From Chiloscyllium plagiosum (lineage: Eukaryota), in the NCBI RefSeq assembly GCF_004010195.1, contig NC_057720.1, positions 5,413,241-5,477,240 of the forward strand: a DNA stretch of 64,000 nucleotides. Reading direction: 5' to 3'. Both the position numbers and the translations under genes were made by a program. A model generated the notes under the pieces. The model made no database searches. It had not been told where the DNA came from and saw only the letters and a program-made list of their open reading frames with translations. Positions 1-12,170 of this stretch are shown here, piece by piece (positions within the stretch are counted from its first letter, which is position 1; the number at the start of each line of letters is the position of its first letter).

Positions 1-1627
1 TAAATGGGACATTAGAGGTGGGCGCCGCAGGAAGTGGAGTGCATCATTTCTCCCTCCAATTCTATTTTGATTTAGTCCCTACCCTCCCTTTCACTGTTTT
101 GATCACACAGCACTGCCCTTTGATGTGAAGGGCAGTGTTTGTCACTGGCCACCCGGGTGTTTTCCTATCTTCCTGGTGGTGGAAATTGAATAAAGATTTG
201 TGCACTTTGTGTCTTTCACTGTGTCTCCCACCTGCACACACACACCATGGGTGCTGGGGATAAAATAAAAAAAAAGATAAAGAAAAAAAAGAAAAAAAAA
301 GAACAGGAGTGTCACCGCCTCTGGAATTTTAATTTTGTTCCCTTTCAGGGGGTTAAAAGACGGGCCCTGTGTAGACTGCTGCTGCACATCGTCCACCTCT
401 TCTCCCTCATCCACCGTGCACTTTGTGTCTTTCACTGTGTCTCCCACCTGCACACACACACCATGGGTGCTGGGGATAAAATAAGAAAAAAAAAGAAAAT
501 AAACAGGAGATTCCGGTTACGTTAGAGCCCGGGTGTCCTTGGAGAAGGAGCACGCGGTGTCCACCAACACCCTGGAGTTGTAAAAAAAAAGAAAGAAAAG
601 AGAAATAAATGGGATAGTAGAGGTGGGCGCCGCAGGGAGTGGAGTGCATCATTTCTCCCTCCAACTCTATTTTGATTTAGTCCCTACCCTCCCCTTCACT
701 GTTTTGATCACACAGCACTGCCCTTTGATGTGAAGGGCAGTGTTTGTCACTGACCACCGGGTGTTTTCCTATCTTCCTGGTGTTGGAAATTGAATAAATA
801 TTCGTGCACTTTGTGTCTTTCACTGTGTCTCACACGTATACACACACACCATGGGTGCTGGGGAAAAAAATAAGCACTACCGCAGTTAGGCGGTAGTGTG
901 GGAGTCAAATAAAAAAAAATAAATAGAAGTGTTTCCGCGGTTACGTTAGAGTCCGTGTGTCCTTAAAAAAAATGAAAAGAAAAAAAAAGAACAGGAGTGT
1001 CGCCGCCTCCGGAATTTTAATTTTGTTCCCTTTCAGGGGGTAAAAAGGCGTGCCCTGTATAGACTGCTGCTGCACACCGTCCACCTCTCCTCCCTCATCC
1101 ACCGTCCGGACACGCCTTGGCGAGCCCAATTGGCACCGGGCGGTGGGGATCCCCAGTGGAGGGCTCTCTACGCGGGAGTCCTCCCCCTTTCTCTCGGGGA
1201 TCTGGGGTGGAGGGTGCTGCACGCAGCAGTCCCCTGCAACCGCAGGTTGCGGTGGTTCACGGACTCCCAGCCCAACTGCTTGTTCTGTGGCACTGTGGAG
1301 TCCGTGGACCACGTGTATATTGGGTGTGGGCGTTTGCACTCCCTTTTTGATTTCCTGAAAAACCTCCTCCTCTGCTTTTGGTTGCACTTCAGTCCCACGC
1401 TCCTGATCTTCGGGCACCCGGTACGGAGGAGGAAGGGCAGGTCTGGCCACTCGGGTGTTTTCCTATCTTCCTGGTGGTGGAAATTGAATAAAGATTCGTA
1501 CACCTTGTGTCTCTCACTGTGTCTCACACCTGCACACACACACCATGGGTGCTGGGGAAAAATAAGCACTACCGTAGTTAGGCGGTAGTGTGGGGGTTTA
1601 AAAAAAATAAATAGAAGTAAAAAAAAA
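1..1627 (+). mobile_element. Tandem array of 5'-truncated Tx1/L1-clade non-LTR retrotransposon 3' ends
   Basis: ORF2 C-terminal zf-RVT-like peptide LGDLGWRVLHAAVPCN...CLFCGTVESVDHVYIGC (ORF 1130-1588). The 3'UTR with AATAAA and hairpins recurs, and each unit ends in an A-rich tail. GAACAGGAGTGTC recurs at 301, 989 and 1628. Confidence 0.85.
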
Positions 1628-1759
1628 GAACAGGAGTGTCAGTGTTTCTGTTCACTCTGATAGTTGGCTCTGAGAAAGCTGGATCAGTATTAAGGACTTT
1701 CCACGTGTAAATAAAGGGTGATTTGGTAATACGATACCGGCCTCTGTGGATTTATTTCA
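1628..1759 (+). mobile_element. 3' part of a Gypsy 5' LTR
   Basis: Ends ...TTATTTCA, contains AATAAA, is followed by a TGG PBS-like start (1761) and a gag ATG at 1841. Homologous to 35676-35807 and 18657-18811. Confidence 0.75.
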
Positions 1760-2825
1760 GTGGCAGCAAAAGAAAAGCACAGCCCTGAAGAATGTTTTTG
1801 CAGTAGTCTTCTTTGAGTTGGAGTAAGCATTTCTGGCATCATGTCATTATTTGGGAAGCTTGACTCTTTTGATCCTGCCATCGAAGACTGGGCCCAATAT
1901 GTGGAAAGAATGATATTTTTTCAGGTCAAATGACATTGTGACAGTGAAAAGCAACAAGTAATTCTCCTGACAGCTTGTGGACCTGTACCTTTTTTGGTTA
2001 TTAAGAGCCTAACCTTTGCTGAGGCACCAGACACTAAAATCTTTCAAGAGTTGAAAATTTAGTTAAGAAATATTACGACCCCAGGCCTCTAATTTTGAAA
2101 TGCCATTGGTTTTACATGCCAATTTGAGAACCAGAGGAATTGGTATCAGGATTTTGATGATGTTAAGACATCTGGCAGAGGCATGTGACTTTGGTTTAAC
2201 CCTTAATGATCTGCTGAGAGGCTGTTGGTATGTGGGATTAATGATGTAACCATGCAAAAGCATCTACTACCTGAAGCCCAACAGGCACTACAACTGGCTT
2301 TATCATTGGAAAATGTGACGAGTGGACCATATGAGTTGCAGGGTATTCCAATGGAAGTGGACACGCTCACCAATCTGACTGAGCTTGGAGAACACTGGCA
2401 TCGCATAGTCTCACTCAGGTTAGCCCACAGCAAATCCACAAAACAAAGTCAAGCTTTGGCCAAATGGTTAAAATTTTCTTCAGGCTCAGAATTAGCAAGC
2501 CATTATAGTTGCTGCCGATATGTGGACTTGAGACTGCAAAAGAGTCCTACGAGGTCTAACCTCATTAAGAGAACTCATTGGCTGGTATCCAGGAGAGCAT
2601 ACAAGCAGGCAAGTCCATCTACATCTGGTTTGGAACAGTTAAATTGGTTAGTAACACCCAAATCTGAACCAGTGAAAATAAATGTCTGGTTAAATGGTCA
2701 CTTAGTTCAAATGGAGTTCAATGTCAGTGCAGCTGTTCAGTGATTACAGAAACAGTCTTTAACAGAAATCACACTGGGCTCCAACTCTTAAGTTTGCACA
2801 TGACCTCGGCCAGACTGTGGTTCTA

Positions 2826-3058
2826 TTTTTTTTCTTTCTTTTTTCTTACACAGTGAAAGACACAAAGTGCAACTTTCCTGGATATATTTCTTTTTTCTTT
2901 AACCCCCACACTACCACCTAAGTGCGGTAGTGCTTATATTTTTTTTCCCCGCACCCATGGTGTGTGTGTGCAGGTGTGAGACACAGTGAAAGGCACAAAG
3001 TGCACGAATCTTTATTCAAATTCCACCACCAGGAAGATAGGAAAACACCCGGGTGGCC
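2826..3058 (-). mobile_element. Tx1-like 3'UTR fragments (two pieces) inserted in Gypsy pol
   Basis: Reverse complement of the 3'UTR seen at 140-260 and 850-900, with T-rich tails. Confidence 0.8.
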
Positions 3059-3179
3059 TGCACCAGAGTTCTATGTAGCAGAACAGAAAAACTGAGCAAA
3101 TTGTACCTAATTATGGCAAACTAGCCCCATTACAATTCAATGTATAAATTCAGCCCTGTCAAAGAGTCAATGAGTTATC

Positions 3180-3520
3180 CAGCACAGAAACAGGCTCTTC
3201 AGTCCAACCATAATTCCAAACTAAACTTGTTTCACCTGTCTCCGCTTAGCCCATATCCCTCCAAACATTTGTTATCCATGTAGTTATCGAAATGTCTTTT
3301 AAACATTGTAACTGTGCCCACATCTACCATCTCCTCTGGAAGTTCATTCCACACACGAACCACTCTGCATAAAAAAGTTGCCCATCATGTCTTTTTAAAA
3401 TCTTTCTCCTCTCATCTTAAAAATTATGCCTCCTAGTCTTGGACACCCCCATCCTAGGGAAAGATGCTTGCCATTCACCATATCTTCCTGGTGGATGATG
3501 ATTTTATAAACCTCATGATT
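3180..3520 (-). mobile_element. CR1 LINE 3' fragment
   Basis: Reverse complement of the RVVRVWNELPE.. region and 3'UTR seen in other copies. Confidence 0.75.
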
Positions 3521-4420
3521 GCAAGTTTTTCAGGAAGGTTTAGGGACTATCAAAAGGAGCCAAGGCCATTTTGCATTTTGACCAGGAAGCAATTCCCTGA
3601 TCCTGCAAGGCCTGTCCAGTGCCATTGCTTTACAGATAAATGTTGAGGCAGAAATCTGAAGGCTGTAAAGTGAGGGAACCATCAAACCAGTCCAGTTTGC
3701 AGAATGGGCAGCACCAGACATGATTGTGAAACCTGATGGGTCGGTTCACCTTTGTGGGGATTGTAAACAAACAGTAAACTGTTTCTCACAGCTGGATAAA
3801 TACTCAATCCCTTGTACAGAGGATTTATACGCAAATGGCAGGGGACTGTCCTTCATGAAGCTGGGCATGAGCCTTGCATACTTGCAATTGTTGTTAGATG
3901 AGGAATCCCAGATGTATGCAACAATTAATACCCATAGGGGTTTGTACCAATATACGAGACTGCCATCTGGGCTAATGTCAACTTGTGCAATTTTCAGTGG
4001 ATGATGGAGAACATTTCATACGGTCCACCCTAGGTCACCATTTATCTAGATGGTGTGCTAATAACAGGGAAGACCAAGAAGAAGCAATTAGAGAACTTGG
4101 ACATAGTCCTTAGATGTTTCTCCAAAGTGGGCATATGCCTCAGAAGGGAGTAATATGATCCAGGTACCCTAAGTGACCTACTTGGCTGCAGAGTGGACAA
4201 GGCCAGGTTACACCCTTTGGAAGATAAAGTGAGGGTGAGCAAATGTTCCACATCTGTACCAGAGCTTAGGTCTGTCCTTTGGTTGGTGAATTGTTGTGGA
4301 AAGTTCATGCATAGTCTGGCCTCCATTCTGGCATAGTTATATCAACTCCTCTTGGAAATGTTTGTGCAGCCAAGCCAGAGCTTTCACGGAGGTGAACAAA
4401 CAGCTTTTATCCTCTAATAT

Positions 4421-5215
4421 TGCCTCCCAGGTGCCAGGGGTCATAATGTCTCTGATCGTGTTTGGGCCCCTTGTGGAGGTGGGGGAGCAGCCCCAAGTCG
4501 TCTTCCACATAGGCACCAATGACATAGTAGGAAGAGAGATGGGGATTTAAGACAGATATTTGGGGAGCAAGGGTGGAAGTTTAGAGCTAGAACAAACAGT
4601 TGTTATCGCTGGTGTGTTGCCTGTGCCATGTGCGAGCAAGACGAGGAATAGGGAGAGAGAGGAGTTGAACACCCGGCTATAGGGATGGTGCAGGAGGGAG
4701 GGTTTTGAATTCTTGGATAATTGGAGCTCTTTTTGTGGTAGGTGGGACCTCCACAAGCAGGATGGTCTTCACCTGAACCAGAGGAGTACCAATATGTCGG
4801 AGAGGAAATTTGCTAATGCTTTTCGGATGGGTTTAATTCAACAGGGGGATGGGAGCCAAAATTGTAGTTCGAGTATAGAGAATGTTGAGGGTAGGGAGGT
4901 CCAAGATTAGGTTTCAGGGTCGCAAAAGGGCATTGACAAGCAAGACGTTGGTTTGAAGTGTGTCTACTTCAACGGCAGGGGCATCCGGAATAAGGTGGGT
5001 GAACTTGTAGCATGGGTTGGTACCTGGGATTTTGATGTTGTGACCATTTCAGAGACACGGACAGAGCACAGACAGGAATGGTTGTTGCAAGTTCCGGGAT
5101 TTAGATGTTTCAGTAAGAACACAGAAGATAGTAAAAAAGGTGGGGGTGTAGCAATGTCAGTCAAGCAGAAAGGATGTTTGAGGACTCACCAATTGAGGTA
5201 GTATGAGCTGAGGTT
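4421..5215 (+). mobile_element. CR1 LINE 5' portion: ORF1 SGNH esterase end and ORF2 APE endonuclease start
   Basis: VVFHIGTNDI and DGLHLN esterase motifs. KCVYFNGRGIRNK...DVVTISET...GGGVA endonuclease motifs. Confidence 0.85.
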
Positions 5216-5575
5216 AGAGTCAAGAGTGTAGTGCTGGAAAAGCACAGCAGGTCAGGCAGCATCTGCGGAGCAGGAGAATCGATTTTTCAGGCAAAAGCCC
5301 TTCATCAGGAATGAGATTTTTTGTGGGTCAGGGCTGAGAGATAAATGGGAGGGGGTTGGGTTTGGGATGAAGGTAGCTGCGAAAGTCATAGGTGGATGAA
5401 GGTGAGGGAGAAGGTGATAGAAGGTCAGAGGGGGAAGTGATGGACAGGACCAGAGAACAGTGCCAAATTGGAGGCTTGGGACTGGGATAATGTGGGAGGA
5501 GGGGAAATGAGGACGCAGTTGAAATCCACATTTATGCTGTGTGGTTGTAGGGTCCCAAGGCGGAACATAGAGTGC
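5216..5575 (-). mobile_element. Penelope-like element 3' end with terminal repeat
   Basis: GTGCTGGAAAAGCACAGCAGGTCAGGCAGCATC family repeat plus ORF end (LGTLQPHSINVDF in reverse complement). Confidence 0.75.
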
Positions 5576-5611
5576 TCATTCTTTGTGAGCAGTAGGTTTA
5601 TTACTTAATAG

Positions 5612-5790
5612 TGTTGCTGGAAAAGCACAGCAGGTCTGGCAGCATTTGAGGAGCAGGAGAATCGACGTTTCGGGCAGGAGCCCTTTGCCCAAAATGTCAA
5701 TTTTTCTGCTCCTCGGATGCTGCCTGATTTGCTGTGCTTTTCCAGCACCACTTCAATCTTGACTCTAATCTGCAGTACCCACTTCTGCCT
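5612..5790. mobile_element. Penelope terminal-repeat inverted hairpin
   Basis: Inverted arms of about 65 bp, flanked by TTATTACTTA direct repeats. Confidence 0.75.
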
Positions 5791-6167
5791 TATTACTTAT
5801 TATGTAATAGCTAGTAACATTACATCCAAGACACAGGATAACCTCTTATGAGGCATCAGGCTTAACCGAAGAGTAAGTTCATATTACAGCTACTAAAACA
5901 ATCTTGCACAATATTTGCAATGAGCCAGAAGCAGAATGGGTAAAGACACGAACACAGACTGATTAGTTTCTCCCTCCTTTATATCCTGATGAATGGAGCT
6001 TATCTTGTTACGTCAGTTAGCCCTTTTAGATACTAACTACCTGATAATAGCAGAACCCAGAACATGAGATCATTGGAGACAGGTGCAGAAGTCGGCCATT
6101 CAGCCCATTGAGTCTACTTTGCCATTCAGTAAGATCATGGCCCATCTGATCATCCTCCACTCCACTT

Positions 6168-6493
6168 TTAGATTAGATTCCCTACAGTGTGGAAACAGGC
6201 CCTTCGGCCCAACAAGTCCACACCGACCCGCCAAAGCGCAACCCACCCAGACCCATTCCCCTACATTTACCCCTGCATCTAACACTACGGGCAATTTAGC
6301 ACGGCCAATTCACCTGACCTGCACAATTTTGGACTGTGGGAGGAAACCGGAGCACCCGGAGGAAACCCACACAGACACGGGGAGAACGTGCAATCTCCAC
6401 ACAGTCAGTCAGTCGCCTGAGGCGGGAATTGAACCCTGGGTCTCTGGCGCTGTGAGGCAGCAGTGCTAACCACTGTGCCACCGTCCTGCCCAC
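6168..6493 (-). mobile_element. HE1-type V-SINE inserted in a CR1 3' tail
   Basis: tRNA-like head, V-domain TGTGTGGAGATTGCACGTTCTCCCCGTGTCTG, CR1-like tail ending in (AATCT)n. Confidence 0.9.
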
Positions 6494-8264
6494 CCTTCCT
6501 GCCTTGTCCCCGTATTCTTTGATTCCCTTACTGATTAAAAATCTCTGTCCATCTCATACATCAGTGTATGTGGCAAGGCTCAAGCATCTACAAACACTTG
6601 CAGCTGAAAGTGATTATTGGTTATCCACATTAGCTTCATGCTTATTTAGTGCAGAGGTTTGTGGCTAAGTCAGTAGATCTGCTCATAGGTCTGCTCCTGG
6701 CCATGTTTGCTATTAATTGGTGCAGGCTGTGGGTTGGGGGGGGGGGTCATATCTGCTGACTGCCTACTCCTTATTAATGGCTACAATCGTGGCTGGATGT
6801 CCATGGAAGGAGAGCATGCAGCGTTCATCCATACTCAGTACCTCTAGAGAGAGGTGGGCACTGCAGGGAGTACTGTGGTTCAAGAAGGCAACTCACCACA
6901 CTTTCTCAAGAGTAGTTAGGGATGGATAACAAATGTAAGCCTAACCATCAATGGCCAAATCTAGGAAAGAATTAAAAAAAGCTAAAGTTTGTCAAAGAAC
7001 ATTAAGTCTTATCTGGTCCAATCTAAGTACCTAAGTGTGTCCAGTTCAACAGTACTTCACTCGCTATGAAGTGTTTTAAGACTTTATCTGGTTCTGAAAA
7101 GCTGCATGTAAGCATTAATCACCACGGGTTGACCTCTTTGGAGTCTCATGTTTTCATATTTTAGTTGTTGTTAAGGACATTTTAAAATAAATGTAAAACA
7201 CACTTTACTTTTTTCAATCTTTGTCACCTTATTCTCTGAATCCAACATTTCTCCTCCCCTCCTTCTCTATCGGTTTTGACAATGAATACATCCAATGTAA
7301 TTGATACTTACTTTTCAATCTTACGATTCGTAAAAGAATTATACAATTTGTGTCCTGTTCGCTCAGATCCCTGATGTTCTAGTCGAGGGAGCCATTCTAT
7401 TTCCATTCATGCTCCCTGCAACTTGCAGTGCTAAGTATTAGAAGGATGAGACAGGTCAGATTAATAGACACAGGGCCCCCTTTACTGACTGACTGGTTAT
7501 GGCCCCTAAGGAATTGCTACTGCTCATAATTACCAAAGCTGCAAATATAACCTCAAAGAACATGGGATTCATTCTTATTAAATGTGCTGGAAGGAGAAGC
7601 TGGCTGTCAGAAATAATTCATGTCATCAAAGCATTAGATAGATCATTTTCAGGAATGTGCTGAGTGTTAGAGTGAATGCAACTGACTACTGCAATGTATT
7701 TGTGTTCACGGAATCACCACTGCAGGGTTGTAAGTTCAATTGTCATCATTCAGTAATGAACAGTGACATGAAGAGCAAAGCGTGAATACCACTCTGAATG
7801 AGAGCCCTTTGCAGCTGGAACTTATCATCACTTTAAAGTTTTTACAGTGTGCATCACTAATCCTCCAGCAAACGTAGATCCAAGTACCACTCGAATACTA
7901 TGTCCAGTTTCACACCCTTCACATGGTGAGAAAGAAATGTTAATGTCCAGAAAGAGTTATCAGAATAATTGAAGTGAACAATACGGGCATTTCATTACAA
8001 CAGAACCTATAAAGTGATTTATTGTTTAAAATGATGGTGAATTGGGACAGACTAAATTGAAATAGATTAGATTAAGAGTTTTGCAATGAGAGGACATTGG
8101 TATAAGGTTGAGGAAACAGGGCAGGAAACATTACTATACAGAGGTTTATAAAACTGGGGAGTACTCTCCATTAAAATTAATGATTGAAACAGAGACAGAA
8201 TATATCTGTATAATAGACATACAGATTGTCATCATGCACTCGCCAGGAAAGATGCAAGAATACA

Positions 8265-8826
8265 TATTGATTAGGCCACTTGTGGAATATTGTGTTCACG
8301 TTTGTATCCCTTCTATAGGAAAGATATTGTTAATCTTGAAATGGTTCAGAAAAGATTTACTAGATGTTGCCAAGATTGGAGGGTTTGAGCTATAGGGAGA
8401 GGCTGAATAGGCTGGGACTGTTTTCCCTGGAGCGTGGGAGGCTGAGGGGTGACCTTACAGAGGTTTATAAAAGCACAAGGGGCGGGGATAGGGTGAATAG
8501 CCAAGGTCTTTTCCCCAGGGTAGGGGAGTCCAAAACTAGAGGGCACAGCTTGAAGTTGAGAGGAGAAAGATTTAAAAAATGGACCTAAGGAACAACTATC
8601 TCATGCAAAGGCTGATGGGTGTATGGAATGAGCTGCCAAAGGAAGTGGTGGAGGCCGGTACAATTACAGCATTTAAAAGGCATCTGGATGGCAATATGAA
8701 TAGGAAGGGTTTGGAGGGATATGGGCCAAATGCTGGCAAAGGAGACTAGATTAATTAGGATATCTGATTGGCATGGATGAGTTGGATCGAAGGATCTGTT
8801 TCTGTGCTGTACAACCCTCTGACTCT
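8265..8826 (+). mobile_element. CR1 (HER1-like) LINE 3' fragment
   Basis: LSYRERLNRLGLFSLERGRLRGDLTEVYK, plus the 3'UTR. Confidence 0.9.
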
Positions 8827-9149
8827 AATATAAAATCTCAAAGGGAGTAACAATTTATACTGCGTGATATAAGGGTGCTAATTGGTTGATTTGTTATCAT
8901 GGAGAGAGCACTAGAGAGCTATTGTCCTGCATATCTTCCTTTAATTAAAACTGACAATGTTTCAATAAACACACGGATAGTTTAAGGAGGTGTTTCCTGT
9001 CAAGGCCTGAACTGTTCATCTTAAACATTATCTATGTTGACCTCTGTAATTCCATGTGTTTTAACAACTACGTCAACTAATCTGCCAGTGAAATCCTACA
9101 GACCTGATCATTTCAATAATCTTTTGGTTGGTTTCGCATTGTCCACTAT

Positions 9150-10560
9150 CCATGCGATTCACAAAAAGCAGGACAAATCAAACCCAACCAATTACCATGC
9201 TATCAGTCAACTCTCAAACAACAATAAAGTGATGAAAGGTGTTATCAACAGTGCTATCAAGCAACACCTGCTCAGCAATAACCTGCTCAATGACCCCAGT
9301 TTGGATTCTACCAGGGCTACTCAGCTCCTGACCTCATTATAGCCTTGGTTCAAACATGGACAAAAGAGCTGAATTCCAGAAGTGAGGTGAGAGTGTCCTT
9401 TACATCAAGGCTGCATTCGACTGAATGTGACATCAAAGTATGGAAGGTTTGATTATAAAGAAAGGCTGGATTGCCTGGGTCTTTTTTCACTGGAGCATAG
9501 GGGGTTGAGCGGTGACCTGAAAGAAGTCAATAAAATAATGAGACGTATAGATAGAGTTGATGGTAGTTGTGTTTTCCCTAAGATGGGGAATTTCAAGACT
9601 AGGGGGCACGTTTTTAAGGTGTGAGGAGAAAGATTTTAAAAAGACATAGGCAATTTTTTTACACAGAGGGTGGTTCGAGTGTGGAATGAACTTCCTGAGG
9701 ATGTGGTGGATGTGGGAACAATTACAACATTTAAAAGACATTTGGATGAATATATGGAAAGGAAAGGGTTGAAAGGATATCAGCCAGGAGCAGGCAGGTG
9801 GAACCAGCTTAGTTTGGGATTATGTTCGGCATGGACTGGTTGGACTGAAGGGTCTGTTTCCATGCTGTACGATCCTACAATACTATGGTATCAATGGAAA
9901 TCATGGGACAAACTCTCTGCTGATTGGAGTCATACCTGGCACTTAGGAGGATGGTTGTGGTTGTTGGAAGTCAGTCATCCCAACTTCGGGATATTTCTGC
10001 ATGATTTCCTCAGGGTGGTGTCCTAGGCTAGACCAACTTTAGCTGCTTCATCAGTGAATTTCCCTCCATCCTAAGGTCAGAAGTTGGGATTTTCAATTGA
10101 ATGATGTTCAGCACCATTTGTAACTCCTCTGATATTGAAGCAGTCCATGTACAAATGCAACAAAATATGGACAATATCCAGGCCTGAACTGACAAGTGAT
10201 AAGTAATATTTGTGCTATAAATGCCAGGCAACGACCATCTCTAATATGAGGCTATCTACAAGATGCACTGCAGAGGTTCACCAAAGATCCTCAAACAGCA
10301 CCTTACAAACCCACTTCTATCTGGAAGAGCAAGGGCAGCAGATACATAGAAACACCACCATCTGCAAGTTACCCTCCAAGCCACTGATATAGAAATATAT
10401 CATTGCTCCTTCACTGTCACTGGGTCAAAATCCTGGAATTCCCTTCCTCAGGGCATTGTGGGTCTACCTACAGCACATGGACTGCAACGGTTCAAGAAGG
10501 CAGCTCACCACCACCTTCTTAAGGGTAACTTGGGATGGGCAATAAATGCTGGCTAGTTCC
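9150..10560 (+). mobile_element. Second CR1-group LINE family RT/3' fragment, interrupted by a CR1 at about 9435-9885
   Basis: QDKSNPTNYHAIS...VMKGVINSAIKQHLLSNNLL, with 3' tail GGGATGGGCAATAAATGCTGG. The nested copy encodes YKERLDCLGLFSLE and VRVWNELPE. Confidence 0.8.
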
Positions 10561-10599
10561 TAACACCCAAGTCCCAAGACTTTGTTAATAAAATCTCTG

Positions 10600-11030
10600 A
10601 ACCTCTGCTGTCCATATCCTAAATCTCACCAGGTCTCATCCATTCACCACCTTTCAGCTCGTTGGCTGACTGGCCCACGTTCTGCTACATTTCAGATTTA
10701 AGATCCTCATCCTTGTCTTCAAATGCCTTCACAGTCTTGTTGCTCAATATCTTTATAATTGTCTCCAGCCCCAGAATTAACATTGATTTCTGCATTCCTT
10801 CAATTCTTATGCATTCCTGATATTTGTTTCTCAACATTTGTTTTTGCTGCCTTCGGTTACCTAGGATCCTCTCCCTACATCTGTCTACCTCTCTACCTCT
10901 CTCTTCTCCTTCAAGTTATTATTCATAATCTCTAATTTTTTTGCCAAGCTTTCGGTCACCTGTCTTAAAAATTCCAATGGTATTCTAATCAAGATTTGCT
11001 TGGTAACCCCCATGAAACATTTTGAATCAT
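10600..11030 (+). mobile_element. Highly decayed L2-like LINE 3' end
   Basis: FKILILVFKCLHSL-type motif at about 10696. A piece recurs at about 12910. Confidence 0.45.
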
Positions 11031-11279
11031 TATTACACCGAGCAAGGCCTTCAGCTCTGAATTCACGCTGGCTCTCTCGTATGATTCAGTCAATCTCATT
11101 ACATCAATCTATCCCAAAGCTCTGCACATATGGTTCCTTCAAGTACTTTTCCAATTCCCTATTGATAACCTCGATTATCACTGCTGGGAAGTAATAAATT
11201 TCTGGTCGTTAAGAAAGATTCTCCTCAAATCCCCCTAATTTGCATCACTTGCCCAAAATCCTAAATCTATGTTACAAAG

Positions 11280-12170
11280 ACTGTCCATCATCTACAAGGT
11301 ACAAGTTCAGGAGTGTGATGGAATACAAGGTACAAGTTCAGGAGTGTGATGTGGGCGGCACGGTGGGCACAGTGGTTAGCACTGCTGCCTCACAGCGCCA
11401 GAGACCCGGGTTCAATTCCCGCCTCAAGCGACTGACTGTGTGGAGTTTGCACATTCTCCCTGCGTCTGCGTGGGTTTCCTCCGGGTGCTCCGGTTTCCTC
11501 CCACAGTCCAAAGATGTGCAGGTCAGGTGAATTGGCCATGCTAAATTGCCCGTAGTGTTAGGTAAGGGGTAAATGTAGGGGTATGGGAATGTAGGGGTAT
11601 AGGTGGGTTGCGCTTCGGCGGGGCGGTGTGGATTTGTTGGGCCGAAGGGCCTGTTTCCACACTGTAAGTAATCTAATCTAATCTAATACTCCCTGCTGGT
11701 CTAGATGAGTGCAGCTCCAACAACATTCAAGACGCTTAACACCATCCAGGACAAAGGAGCCCATTTGATTGGCACCACATCCACAAACATCCACTCCCTC
11801 CTCCACCAACACTTAATAGCAGCAGGGCTTACAAGGTGCACTGCAGAAATTCACCAAAGATCCTCAGACAGCACCTTCTGAACTCATGACCACTTCCATC
11901 TAGAAGGACAAGAACAGCAGATACACGGGAACTCCACCACTTTCAAGTCCCCCCCACCCCTCCGAGCCATTCACCATCCTGGTTTGGAAATATATCGCAA
12001 TTCCTTCAGTGTTGCTGGGTCAAAATCCTGGAATTCCCTCCCTAATGGCATAATGGTTCAACCCATGGCAGGTGTATTGCATTGGTTCAAGAAGGCAGCA
12101 CACCACCACCTTCTCAAGGGCAAGTAGGGATGGTCAATAAAATGCCAGTCAGTGACACCCATACCCCACA
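11280..12170 (+). mobile_element. 3' end of the second CR1-group family (host of an HE1 SINE)
   Basis: Same 3' sequence as 10260-10550. Confidence 0.75.
11352..11687 (+). mobile_element. HE1-type V-SINE, full length
   Basis: A/B boxes, V-domain and (AATCT)n tail. Confidence 0.92.

Larger units (their letters stand above)
1760..4420 (+). mobile_element. Decayed Ty3/Gypsy (Mag/K02A2.6-like) internal region: gag, protease, RT
   Basis: MSLFGKLDSFDPAIEDWAQYVERM (gag), INVWLNGHLVQME (protease region), IVKPDGSVHLCGD...ATINTHRGLYQYTRLP and YLDGVLITG (RT). Contains frameshifts, stops and nested insertions. Confidence 0.85.

Noticed and set aside
11352..11430. tRNA gene
   Set aside because: The A/B boxes are the head of an HE1 SINE, with no complete cloverleaf.
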